A stretch of DNA of 64,000 nucleotides from Eledone cirrhosa. Taxonomy: Eukaryota. Below, piece by piece: positions 17,144-31,939 of the stretch. Position numbers and translations under genes: made by a program. Within the stretch, counting starts at the first letter, position 1. Each line of letters opens with the position of its first letter. The notes below the pieces were generated by a model. It was not told where the DNA came from, made no database searches, and saw nothing but the letters and a program-made list of their open reading frames with translations. Where the stretch lies: positions 32,860,001 through 32,924,000 of the forward strand of contig OZ024751.1 in assembly GCA_964016885.1 (NCBI GenBank). Reading direction: 5' to 3'.

Positions 17144-17622
17144 CATACATACATATATATATACATACATACATACATATATATATTACATACATATATA
17201 TATATACATACATACATACATATATATATATACATACATATATATATACATACACATATATATATACATACATACACATATATATATACATACATACACA
17301 TACATATATATACATACATACACATACATATATATACATACATACACATACATATATATACATACATACACATACATACATACACATACAATATATATAT
17401 ATATACATATACATATACATACATATATATACATATACATATACATACATATATATACATATACACATACATACATATACATACATATATATATATATAT
17501 ACATACATATATACATACATATATATATATATATACATACATATATACATACATATATATATATACATACATATATACATACATATATATATATACATAC
17601 ATATATACATACATATATATAT

Positions 17623-17655
<33 letters not shown>

Positions 17656-17811
17656 TATTATATATACATATACATACATATATACATACATATATATATA
17701 TATACATACATATATACATACATATATATACATATACATATACATACATATATATACATATATATATATATACATATACATATATATATACATATATATA
17801 TATATACATAC

Positions 17812-17842
<31 letters not shown>

Positions 17843-17850
17843 CATATATA
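13140..17850. repeat. Large (TA)n/(TACA)n compound microsatellite array
   Basis: Direct inspection; all ORFs here are Y/I/H/T or Y/M/C/V artefacts. Confidence 0.97.
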
Positions 17851-17952
17851 TGAATATAGACATAGAATATTCGAAAATATTCTGTATGTTTATAATAAAC
17901 ATTTTGAAGACCTAATCGCTATAGAATAGAATACGTCACGTATTACAATTAG

Positions 17953-18041
17953 ATTCTCGATAAAAGCAAGGGAAGTAATCTACGCGTTTCATTCTTGTTG
18001 GAAATCATCAGGACTACATATCCAGTGCTTTTATCGAGAAT
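17953..18041 (-). ncRNA. Type I hammerhead ribozyme, short palindromic stem III (copy 1)
   Basis: Minus strand reads auucucgauaaaagca-cuggauau-GUAGUC-CUGAUGA-U-UUC-caacaa-GAA-U-GAAA-CGC-GUA/GAUUAC-uucccu-ugcuuuuaucgagaau. Stem I is 6 bp, extended by a perfect 16-bp helix; stem III is the palindrome ACGCGU; predicted cut between 17981 and 17980. Position 10.1/11.1 is a non-canonical U-U. Confidence 0.8.
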
Positions 18042-18262
18042 GACACAGCTAGAGACTTATAGAATACTTAGCTGTGTACAGGAACTGGTTTGAAAGAGCG
18101 GTTGCCGGTCCGGCAGAAATTAGAAATTGGAATAAATGCTCTGAAATAGCGATATATATGTGAATATAGACATAGAATATTCGAAAATATTCTGTATGTT
18201 TATAATAAACATTTTGAAGACCTAATCGCTATAGAATAGAATACGTCACGTATTACAATTAG

Positions 18263-18351
18263 ATTCTCGATAAAAGCAAGGGAAGTAATCTACGCGTTTC
18301 ATTCTTGTTGGAAATCATCAGGACTACATATCCAGTGCTTTTATCGAGAAT
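18263..18351 (-). ncRNA. Type I hammerhead ribozyme, short palindromic stem III (copy 2)
   Basis: Identical to 17953-18041, offset by 310 bp; predicted cut between 18291 and 18290. Confidence 0.8.
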
Positions 18352-18371
18352 GACACAGCTAGAGACTTATA

Positions 18372-19428
18372 TATATACATATACATACATATATATATAT
18401 ACATATACATACATATATATATACATATGCATACATATATATATGTATATATATATGTATGTATATGTATTTATGTATATATACATATACATACATATAT
18501 ATATACATATACATACATATATATATATATATACATATACATACATATATATATATATATACATATACATACATATATATATATATATACATATACATAC
18601 ATATATATATATATACACATATACATACATATATATATATATACATATACATACATATATATATATATACATATACATACATATATATATATACATATAC
18701 ATACATATATATATATATACATATACATACATATATATATATACATATACATACATATATATATATACATATACATACATATATATATATACATATACAT
18801 ACATATATATATATACATATACATACATATATATATATACATATACATACATATATATATATACATATACATACATACATATATATATATACATATACAT
18901 ACATATACATATATACATATATACATATACATACATATATATATATACATATACATACATATATACATATACATACATATATATATATACATATACATAC
19001 ATATATACATATACATACATATATATATATACATATACATATACATATACATACATATATATATATACATACATATATATATATACATACATATATATAT
19101 ATACATACATATATATATATACATACATATATATATATACATACATATATATATATACATATACATACATATATATATATACATATACATACATATATAT
19201 ATATACATATACATACATATATATATATACATATACATACATATATATATATACATATACATACATACATATATACATACATACATATATATATACATAT
19301 ACATACATACATATATATATACATAACATATATATATACATACATACATATATACATACATATATATATACATACATATATATATACATACATACATATC
19401 TGTATACATATCATATATACATACATAC
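18372..19428. repeat. (TA)n/(TACA)n microsatellite array
   Basis: Direct inspection. Confidence 0.97.
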
Positions 19429-21837
19429 AGATCTGTATGGGAAACGGATGACGGATTCAACAGACAAGCTAATTGGCTAAAAGAACTGGAACAGGACTAC
19501 TGCCAACATGTCCAGACAAAACAATATGACATAGATGGGTCAATACTGGAAACAGCTCTACAGAAAATGTCGAATAGGAAATCGCCAGGCCCAGACCTCA
19601 TTACAGGATACTGGTTGAAGAATTTCACTTTCTATCGGCAAGATCTCATACGGCTGTTTACAGAAACCATTAAGGGCACACAAGAACTGCCCAGATGGTT
19701 ATCAACTGCCTCTACTCTCCTCATTCCCCAAAATAGCCAAACCACCCTTGCTAAAAATTACCGCCCAATTGCCTGCCAAAACATCATGTATAAATTATAT
19801 ACTGGGTGCCTTAACCTGTTCTTACAGGATCACTGTGCTACCAACAACATCATAACACCTGAGCAAGCTGGTGGAAAGAGGGAGGTGTGGGGTTGCATAG
19901 ATCACCTACTAACTAACAAAATGATTCAGGAAAAAACAACAAAGAATCGCAGAAACATGACTGTCGTGTGGCTGGACTATCAAAAAGCATTTGATAGTGT
20001 ACCTCATGGGTGGATTGTTAAGGCTTTACAGTTAGCTAAAGTCCCACAACCATTGGTAGCTGCTGTTGAACGCCTGACCAAGAACTGGTACACCAGTTTG
20101 ATCCTTAGAGGTGAGAAGGAGCAGGTTAAGACTGATAAGATACATTACCAGAAGGGCATCTTTCAGGGTGATAGCTTGTCAGTGCTACTCTTCGTTCTCT
20201 CACTGAATCCACTATCTTACCTACTCAGGAAACAAGGTCGACAAAGAAGTGGGACCAGAAGTATCTCCCATCTTTTCTTTGTTGATGACCTGAAGTTGTA
20301 TGGGCCAAATATCAATGACATCAAGAAACAATTGGACCTCATTACACAATTTTCAACCGACATCAAAATGAAATTTGGTGAGTCCAAGTGTGCATATTTG
20401 GCAGTAAAACGTGGAAGAGCTGTGCCCTCCTCTAGAAATCTAGAGATGAACGGCCTGACAATACAACCTCTGCAGTCAGGTGACAACTACAGATATCTTG
20501 GACAGGATGAGAATGTCAGATATGATGGACCCATAAATAAGGAGAGAACCAGACTGAATACCTCAGAAGAGTAAAGAAAATATGGTCATCAGAACTGTCA
20601 GCATACAACAAATACATTGCCCACAATACTTATGCTGTGCCAATTCTAACGCCAACATTTGGCCTACTGAACTGGTCATTGCAAGAACTAAGTGAGATGG
20701 ATGTTAGAACTCGAAAACTTCTGTGTTACTGGGAACTTTAACATCAATGGTGATGTGGATAGGCTATACTTCTCACGCAAGGAAGGTGGCCGGGGTCTAA
20801 AATCAATATTAACAACATATGAGACCCGGATAGTGACACTGAAGCAACACCTTCAACAGAGGAAAAAGGTTGGCAACCATCTTGCCCAGGTTTATGACCA
20901 TGAAAAAAGAAATATCATTAGAATAGCGACTGATCTGGAGGAGAGATATGGAATAAAGCCCGATATAAATCTCTCACCCAGAGAAATCGGAAGATCCTAT
21001 TCAATGTTCAAACAAGAAAAAAAAATTGACCAATTTACAGAAAAAGTTGTGCATGGATACTTGAGGCGTAAAACACAGACCATAGAGGGGATAAACCACT
21101 CAAAAAGCCTGGCATGGAGTTCCGACAAGTTTATGACATCACACCTTGAGGGATATCTCTATGCAATACAGGAACAAGAACTCCCTACCAAATATCTGCT
21201 GCACAAAAGAGGAGGGCCAGCAGCTGACAATAAATGTAGGCTATGTAAAACAAAGATCGAGGATGTAAGCCACATTGTTGCCAGCTGCGAAAGAATGTCA
21301 TCTCGCTACTACCTCCCCATGAGACACGATGGGATAGCTAGAACCATCTGGAACGCACTTCGGAAAACAAAATCAACAACAAACGAGGAAGAATATATTG
21401 AGACAGATGGCACTAAGGAATACTGGTGGAACCTGAAAATAAAAACTGCCACCAAATTAAAGCACAACCGGCCTGATATTGTAGTTTGGGACCACACATT
21501 GAAAACGTGTTCTGTTGTGGAGATCAGCTGCCCACTTGATGTAAACGTTGTCAGAAAAATACAGGAGAAGGAGGACATCTACGGACCATTGATGAGGAGT
21601 TTACAAATCCAGTATCCAAGATACACCTTTAGCTTCATACCCATCATTATTGGTGCTACGGGTTATATACCAACCCGCTTGGACCAAAGTATGACTGAAC
21701 TTGGATTTGCGGACCAAAGTATGACTGAACTTGGATTTGCGGACAAAAAGCGCAGCTCCCTAATTCATAGTCTACAAATGGCTGCGATAGCTGGCACCTT
21801 CAAAATTTGCAAAATATTCTTGCGATTCAAGGGATGA
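19429..21837 (+). pseudogene. Disrupted RT/RLE ORF of the R4-type element
   Basis: The frame is open from 19429 ([17 protein letters not shown]...). It shifts near 20550 (conserved EYLRRVKKIWSSELSAYNK continues in another frame) and shifts back near 20724. There is an in-frame 30-bp duplication at 21681-21740; stop at 21837. Confidence 0.88.
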
Positions 21838-21917
21838 CAATTTCTTTTCTTTTACAACCTTGCCACCAGGGAGGGGGCCGGTCAAAAAATATACTCAAAA
21901 TTAAGAGAAAGAGAAAA
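19429..21917 (+). mobile_element. 5'-truncated R4/Dong-clade non-LTR retrotransposon (RT + CCHC + restriction-like endonuclease)
   Basis: RT motifs KSPGPD, NYRPIAC, EQAG, WLDYQKAFDSVPH, GIFQGDSLS, HLFFVDDLKL, YRYLG; DRLY..RKEGGRGL; zinc knuckle CRLC-x8-H-x4-C; RHD; RLE motif RPDIVVWD...VVEISCP...KIQEK..Y. About 80 bp of 3' UTR ends in gagaaaa and abuts CATA repeats. Confidence 0.9.
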
Positions 21918-21934
21918 CATACATATATATACAC

Positions 21935-21969
<35 letters not shown>

Positions 21970-22113
21970 CATACATACATATACATACATACATACATAT
22001 ACATACATACATACATATATATATATACATACATACATATATATATATACATACATATATATATATACATACATATATATATATACATACATATATATAT
22101 ACATACATACATA

Positions 22114-22145
<32 letters not shown>

Positions 22146-22214
22146 CATATATATATATACATACATATATATATATACATACATATATATATATACATAC
22201 ATATATATATATAC

Positions 22215-22253
<39 letters not shown>

Positions 22254-22400
22254 CATATATATATATACATACATATATATATATATACATACATATATAT
22301 ATATACATACATATATATATATACATACATATATATATATATACATACATATACATACATATATATATATATACATACATATATATACATATATATATAC

Positions 22401-22434
<34 letters not shown>

Positions 22435-22522
22435 ATATACATACATACATATACATATATATATACATATATATATACATATATATACATATATATATAC
22501 ATACATACATATATATACATAC

Positions 22523-22556
<34 letters not shown>

Positions 22557-22559
22557 ATA
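21918..22559. repeat. (TACA)n/(TA)n microsatellite array
   Basis: Direct inspection. Confidence 0.97.
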
Positions 22560-23171
22560 TGGTGGCTGCCAACTCGTTTTCGAGTACGGCCACTACTTTA
22601 TATCCATGTAGGAGAACCCCTACCGATGCGCTGAACGAGTGTGACTTTTTAGTCCAGCCAACGACCTGAAAACTCTGAACCAAAAACCACACTTGTGACA
22701 ATTATTGACACATAGTGCTGGGCCCATGGTACCATGTGACGACAAGTGCAGAGAGATCTCCAGATACAAAGCAATGCCTGTGCCGTGAAGCTTTTATAGT
22801 GAGCAAAGGCACTGCACAAAGCCAGTCCCACTCTCTTAACCAAGATGATATTTACCAAAAAGAAGAACAAGTCAACATCATTGGATACCATCAGGGTTGC
22901 AGGTGTTATATCAGAGTTTTCCTTCTCCTAGAATTCTGCCTTGACAAAGGCTAAGGGGTCATCTCTCCCAGTGATTTTGGATGGCTATTGACTCTTAAGA
23001 GCCCCTTTGCCTTTTGACAGGTTTTGTTTTTAGTCCTGCAGGATGTCCAAAGCCACCCTCCTCACCAAGAAACCTTGGTGGGGTTGCCAGTTTAGTCGCC
23101 GACGACCCGACCATGAGACAGGTTGGTACTGGGATACATGTTACCAGTAGCACCAACTGGTGACCTGACAT
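22560..23171 (-). mobile_element. ~610-bp non-coding interspersed element, probably a non-autonomous RTE-derived retroposon
   Basis: Unique island in microsatellite; 22560-22881 recurs at 56934-57254. The minus strand contains ctaggagaaggaaaactctga, a motif I associate from memory with RTE 5' UTRs (not verified). Confidence 0.6.
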
Positions 23172-23270
23172 AATATATACATATATACATATATACATAC
23201 ATATATACATATATACATACATATATACATATATACATATACATACATATATATATATATATATATACAT

Positions 23271-23313
<43 letters not shown>

Positions 23314-23328
23314 CACATATACATATAC

Positions 23329-23359
<31 letters not shown>

Positions 23360-23834
23360 TATACATACATATATATATATATACATATACACATATACAT
23401 ATACATACATATATATATATATATACATATACATACATATATATATATATATACATACATATACATACATATATATGTATATACATACATATATATATAT
23501 ACATATACATACATATATATGTATATACATACATATATATATATATATATACATACATATATATGTATATACATACATATATATATATATATATATACAT
23601 ACATATATATGTATATACATACATATATATATATATATATATACATACATATATATGTATATACATACATATATATATATATATATACATACATATATAT
23701 GTATATACATACATATATATATATATATATATACATACATATATATGTATATACATACATATATATATATACATACATACATATATATATATACATATAT
23801 ATATACATACATACATACATATATATATACATAC

Positions 23835-23873
<39 letters not shown>

Positions 23874-23890
23874 CATATATATATACATAC

Positions 23891-23935
<45 letters not shown>

Positions 23936-23998
23936 CATATATATATATACATACATATATATACATATATATATATACATACATATATATATACATAC

Positions 23999-24043
<45 letters not shown>

Positions 24044-24155
24044 CATATATATATATACATACATATATATACATATATATATATACATACATATATATAC
24101 ATATATATATATACATACATATATATATATACATATATATATATACATACATACA

Positions 24156-24221
<66 letters not shown>

Positions 24222-24544
24222 CATACATACATATATATATACATACATACATATATATACATATACATACATACATACATATATATATACATACATATAT
24301 ATATATACATACATACATATATATATATATACATACATACATATATATATACATACATATATATATATACATACATACATATATATATATATACATACAT
24401 ACATATATATATACATACATGCATATATATATACATACATACATACATACATATATATATACATACATACATATATATATACATACATACATATATATAT
24501 ACATACATATATATATACATACATATATATATATATATACATAC

Positions 24545-24577
<33 letters not shown>

Positions 24578-24718
24578 CATACATACATACATATATATAT
24601 ACATACATACATATATATATACATACATACATACATATATATATATATATACATACATACATATATATATATACATACATACATATATATATATATACAT
24701 ACATACATATATATATAT

Positions 24719-24749
<31 letters not shown>

Positions 24750-24780
24750 CATATATATACATATATATACATATATATAC

Positions 24781-24851
<71 letters not shown>

Positions 24852-24886
24852 CATATATATATATATATATATACATACATATATAT

Positions 24887-24919
<33 letters not shown>

Positions 24920-24967
24920 CATACATATATATATACATACATATATATATATATATATATACATACA

Positions 24968-25009
<42 letters not shown>

Positions 25010-25094
25010 CATACATACATATATATATACATACATACATACATACATATATATATACATACATACATATATATATATATACATACATACATAC

Positions 25095-25125
<31 letters not shown>

Positions 25126-25254
25126 CATATATATACATATATATATATACATATATATACATATATATACATATATATACATATATATACATATATATAC
25201 ATATATATACATATATATACATATATATACATATATATATATATACATACATAT
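23172..25254. repeat. (TA)n/(TACA)n microsatellite array
   Basis: Direct inspection; accounts for the first ~590 aa of the 1304-aa ORF. Confidence 0.97.
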
Positions 25255-27472
25255 GGATTGACGCTATGGATTTCCACAATGCAAACTGGGAAGCGATCAG
25301 TCATGATCTTGCACATGTCGACTGGTCCTTCACGCACACTCATACACCCACTAACATCAAAAAGTCCTGGCAGACATTTGTGGACACTGTTACAAACATA
25401 TGTGCTAAACACACCCCATTAAGAACTATAAACAAATCTAAGAGCAGAATCCCTAGAAATAGAAAAACACTCATCAGAAAAATTAAGAGAACGAACAAAA
25501 AAATCAACAAGCTGAAATACTGTCAGCAGCAACACATCAACTTGACTGCCATTTCATCACTAGAGATTAAAAAACATAACCTCCAAAACAACATAATGTC
25601 CCTCATCAACAATCAGAGAAGAGCTGAAGAGGCCTGGGCCATTGAGAAGATCAAACTCAATCCCAAAGTGTTCTTTTCATTTGCAAAAAAACACAAAATC
25701 GCTGGCTCTACTGTTGGCCCTCTAATTGATGAAAATGGCACTCTTCAAGACAATGCTAAAACCATGGGTGAGATACTGCAGAAACAATACTGCTCTGTTT
25801 TCAGCAATCCTGATATGGCCGATCTGGGCTGTATCGGCGATGTTACTCCCCATTACACCTTATCGGACATAACGTTTGGCGCCCCTGATGTCTTGGCGGC
25901 AATAAAGGAAATCAAGCATAATTCAGCAGTAGGTCCCGATAGGTTCCCTGCTTGTGTCTTGAAGGCGTGTCAACACCAACTTGCTTCTCCTCTTGCCAAT
26001 CTGTGGCGGAACTCACTGGATGCTGGATATGTGCCAGAAAACCTTCTATCCCAGTCTGTTGTCCCAGTTTTCAAAAAGGGAAACAAATCCCTTGCCGTGA
26101 ATTACCGTCCAATCTCACTCACCTCTCATATCATTAAGGTATTTGAGCGAGTGGTGAGATCGCGAATGACCCACTTCCTTGAGAGTAACAATATGCTGAA
26201 CTCCAACCAGCATGGATTCCGTAATGGAAGGGATTGCCTGACGCAACTACTGCATCACTTTGATGACATTTTGAGAGCCTTGGGAGAGGGTTCCAACACT
26301 GATGTTATCTACCTTGATTTCAGCAAGGCCTTTGACAGGGTTGATCATAACATTCTACTGAGAAAGCTGTCCAATATTGGTGTCACTGGAAAGCTGCTGC
26401 AGTGGATCAAGAGCTTCCTGTCAAACAGAACCCAACATGTTGTAGTTGAGGGAGTCAAATCAAGCCCAGCCAAAGTCAGTAGTGGAGTCCCACAAGGCAC
26501 TGTGTTGGGCCCACTTCTCTTCATCATCTATATTAATGACATCACTGACATCATCAAACACAGCAACATTAAAATTTTCGCTGATGATTCCAAGCTCCAA
26601 AAGGTCATCAATGGCGTGGATGACCGGATAAGCCTTCAGTCAGACCTACTGGCTGTTACCCAATGGGCAGAAAAGAACAACATGTTACTGAACGAAGACA
26701 AATTCGAACTGATCCACTTTGGAAAAGAGGATGCTCTGAAACTCCCGTACTCCCTTCCCTCCGGGGAAACTCTCGTGGCATCTAACAACATCAGAGACTT
26801 GGGAGTAACCGTGGACAGCAACATAAGCTGGACCACGCATATAAGCAGCAAAGTTGACATGGCCCGCAGAATGTGTTCCTGGATCCTCAGAACCTTCCAG
26901 TCGAGAGATTCCCGCACCATTATCCTTCTCTTCTCTACTTTCGCCCGACCACACCTTGAATACTGTTGTCCACTGTGGTCTCCCCACACGAAACAAAGTA
27001 TCATGAAACTTGAAGCTCCTCAAAGGGCAATCACGAAAAAGATAGATGGCATGTCAGACCTTGACTACTGGGGTCGATTGGAAAACCTGAAACTTTACTC
27101 ACTCCAACGTCGCCGTGAGCGTTATATTATCTGCATGATGTGGAAAATGTTCCATCATCACTGCCCAAATGATGTTGGCATCGCCTTCAAGATACACCCA
27201 AGGCTTGGGCCCCGTGCTATCCGTCCCATTCAAAAATCTAAATCGCAACTCATAACAACAATACGGCACAATTATTTCACCTCAATCGGCCCTGCTGCCC
27301 TGCTCTCTTCAACATCACACCAGGACACGTCAAAACAGAAACTGACCACACAAAATTCAAGAAGTCTTTGGACAAATTCCTCCAAGTAATCCCGGACAAA
27401 CCACCCACACCCGGATATGTCTCCGCAAACAGTAATTCTCTTCTCGAATGGGCCATGGTGCCCAAATCCTGA
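25255..27472 (+). pseudogene. ORF2 remnant (reverse transcriptase) of the CR1-group LINE
   Basis: Open through the whole RT. An 8-bp duplication (gccctgct, 27289-27304) shifts the frame; removing it restores GPALFNITP...[29 protein letters not shown] to TGA at 27470-27472. Confidence 0.88.
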
Positions 27473-27560
27473 ATTGAAAGACTTCGCCAGGTGGTGCTAT
27501 TAAGTTAGACATGGCCTGGGCCAATACTGGCCAAAACATTTCAAAGTTATTCAAAGTTAT
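25255..27560 (+). mobile_element. 5'-truncated CR1-group LINE (RT and C-terminus; APE endonuclease missing)
   Basis: DFHNANW..I...L..VDW linker; [87 protein letters not shown]. The 3' UTR has a ggcc..ggcc stem-loop and a tandem ttcaaagtta tail. Confidence 0.9.
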
Positions 27561-27612
27561 ATACATATATATACATATATATATATATATACATACATAC
27601 ATACATATATAC

Positions 27613-27646
<34 letters not shown>

Positions 27647-27672
27647 ATATACATACATACATACATATATAC

Positions 27673-27729
<57 letters not shown>

Positions 27730-27770
27730 CATACATATATATATATACATACATATATATATATACATAC

Positions 27771-27829
<59 letters not shown>

Positions 27830-27852
27830 CATACATATATATATATACATAC

Positions 27853-27907
<55 letters not shown>

Positions 27908-28008
27908 CATATATATATATACATATACATATATATACATATATATATATATACATATATATATATACATATATATATATACATATATATATATACATAT
28001 ACATATAC

Positions 28009-28045
<37 letters not shown>

Positions 28046-28246
28046 CATACATATACATACATATATATATATATATATACATACATATACATACATATAT
28101 ATATATATATATACATACACATACATATATATATATATATATACATACATATACATACATATATATATATATATATACATACATATATATATATATATAT
28201 ACATACATATATATATATATATATACATACATACATATATAGATAC

Positions 28247-28313
<67 letters not shown>

Positions 28314-28314
28314 C

Positions 28315-28360
<46 letters not shown>

Positions 28361-28724
28361 ATACATATACATATACATATATATATACATATACATATAC
28401 ATATATATATACATATACATATACATATATATATACATATACATATACATATATATATATACATATACATATACATATATATATATACATATACATATAC
28501 ATATACATATATATATACATATACATATACATATATATATACATATACATATACATATACATACATATATATACATATACATACATATATATATATATAC
28601 ATACATATATATATATATACATACATATATATATATATACATACATATATATATATATACATACATATATATATATATACATACATATATATATATATAC
28701 ATACATATATATATATATACATAC

Positions 28725-28756
<32 letters not shown>

Positions 28757-28758
28757 GC

Positions 28759-28792
<34 letters not shown>

Positions 28793-28794
28793 GC

Positions 28795-28826
<32 letters not shown>

Positions 28827-28830
28827 ATAT

Positions 28831-28865
<35 letters not shown>

Positions 28866-29086
28866 TATATACATATACATACATATATATATACATATAC
28901 ATACATATATATACATATACATACATATACATACATATATATATATATACATACATATATATATATACATATATATATATATACATACATATATATATAT
29001 ACATATATATATATATACATACATATATATATACATATATATATATATATACATACATATACATACATATATATATATATACATAC

Positions 29087-29149
<63 letters not shown>

Positions 29150-29237
29150 CATATACATACATATATATATATATACATACATATATATATATATACATAC
29201 ATATATATACACATACATATATATACATATACATACA

Positions 29238-29275
<38 letters not shown>

Positions 29276-30367
29276 CATATACATACATATATATATATAT
29301 ACATATACATACATATATATACATATACATACATATATATATATATATATACATATACATACATATATATATATATACATATACATACATATATATATAT
29401 ATACATATACATACATATATATATATATACATATACATACATATATATATATATACATATACATACATATATATATATATACATATACATACATATATAT
29501 ATATATACATATACATACATATATATATATATACATATACATACATATATATATATATACATATACATACATATATATATATATACATATACATACATAT
29601 ATATATATATACATATACATACATATATATATATATACATATACATACATATATATATATATATACATATACATACATATATATATATATACATATACAT
29701 ACATATATATATATATATACATATACATACATATATATATATATACATATACATACATATATATATATATACATATACATACATATATATATATATACAT
29801 ATACATACATATATATATATATACATATACATACATATATATACATATACATACATATATATATATATACATATACATACATATATATATATATACATAT
29901 ACATACATATACATATACATACATATATATATATATACATATACATACATATATATATATATACATATACATACATATATATATATATACATATACATAC
30001 ATATATATATATATACATATACATACATATATATATATATACATATACATACATATATATACATATACATATATATATATATACATATACATACATATAT
30101 ATATATATACATATACATACATATATATATATATACATATACATACATATATATATATATACATATACATACATATATATATATATACATTTACATACAT
30201 ATATATATATATACATTTACATACATATATATATATATACATTTACATACATATATATATATACATATACATACATATATATATATATACATTTACATAC
30301 ATATATATATATATACATTTACATACATACATATATATATACATACATACATATATATATACATACA

Positions 30368-30409
<42 letters not shown>

Positions 30410-30550
30410 CATATACATACATATATATATACATATACATACATATATATATATATATATACATATACATACATATATATATACATATACATACATATAT
30501 ATATACATATACATACATATATATATACATATACATACATATATATATAT
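27561..30550. repeat. (TA)n/(TACA)n microsatellite array
   Basis: Direct inspection. Confidence 0.97.
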
Positions 30551-30904
30551 AAACTTGGGAAATTTAACAAACAGCAGTGTGTCTGAGTGCGTGTGTATAT
30601 GTGTGTGTGAGTGTATATATATGTATATATATATATTTAAACTTGGGAAATTTAACAAAGAGAGGAGTATGTCAGTGGGCGAATGAGTGTATAAGAATAT
30701 ATATACACACACTCTCAAATACATATACACACGTGTATGTATTTAATCTATTTACATTTCCGTCCTACATAGTTACTGATCAAACAATGCGCTCGGGCTT
30801 CTCAAAAGTGACAATTCCTAATACATACTTTGTATTATCGCTGTAACGAGACACCTTCAATGAGTAGTAATGGTTGTCAAAATAAAATATGTTCTATTAT
30901 TAAC

Positions 30905-31120
30905 GAGGGATTGGCAGTATCGGTAGAAGTTTGGACACCACGCTTTGTAACATAGAGTTACGGCCCTTCACTTTCTGAGTTCAAATCCCGCCGAGGTTAG
31001 CTTTGCCTTTCATCCTTACGGGGTCGATAAAATAAAGTACCAGTAACACATTGCGGTCGATTTAATCGACTTTCTCCTCTCCGCAAGTTGTTGGCCTTGT
31101 GTCTATAGTAAACATTATTA
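30905..31120 (+). mobile_element. SINE family A
   Basis: Same A/B-box head, body and tail as 11799-11980. Confidence 0.85.
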
Positions 31121-31939
31121 TCAATCAATTTTAATATTTGTAACTTCATCTCAGAAATTGACACCGGAGGGCTTATTTTCATTTTTCTAGACGTTTGTTA
31201 TATGCTGATGGTATTAATTTTAACTTAAATGGAAGAAAATGCAAATTTATACAATAATGAACTCGGCCAAACTTGTATTAATTGACATTCAGTCATTACA
31301 GACAAGACATTAATAAGTTTGCCAAACACATCTGTTGTGAAGAAATAAAAGAAAAACTCGTATTGTATGCTTCTAAATAACTTAATTTACTGGGAAATCT
31401 GACAATATTATAAGAAGCTGAAAGAACACCTCACTTCATTCTTCTAGAGCTTATTTAAACCTCTGTTTCTACCCTCTTAACCTATGAAAGGTATTTACAA
31501 AACTATTATTGTTGCTGCTGTTGTGTTTAACCCGGTGTAAGCTCCAAATGAACAGTTTAACCATCACAGATGTTTTATCGGAATAATTCCTATCTGCCTC
31601 TCAGACAATCTCAATGACCATATAATCATATGTACTCCTTCTTCTTCTTCAAGATAACAGGATGTCATTTGAAGGAGATTTGGCTGCGACTCCGAAAGTT
31701 CTCGACCGTTTTGTATGGCTTGTTGGTAATGTTATAAAGATTTCAAGAATAAATCAATTTGATGGGGTGTAAATACTTAAAAGACTAATTGGTTGTCACT
31801 TTATTTACGTGGTTCTGGTAGGATGACCTCGGTGGGATGTCATCACAAAATCTAAAGATAGTTAAAAATAACGCAACAAATCCCCGCCCCCGTTCTGACC
31901 ATTCTACCTATCCGTTGTCCTTGACAGTGATCATAATGA

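Larger units (their letters stand above)
17851..18371 (-). mobile_element. Non-coding partial tandem repeat (310-bp unit, about 1.7 copies) with hammerhead ribozymes; retrozyme / Penelope-pLTR-like
   Basis: 17851-18061 and 18161-18371 read as identical 211-bp direct repeats, flanked on both sides by TA/TACA repeats; each contains a hammerhead fold on the minus strand. Confidence 0.8.

Noticed and set aside
30551-30659. 21-bp direct repeat aaacttgggaaatttaacaaa
   Set aside because: Looks like a local duplication beside a microsatellite; it does not flank a recognisable element as a target-site duplication.
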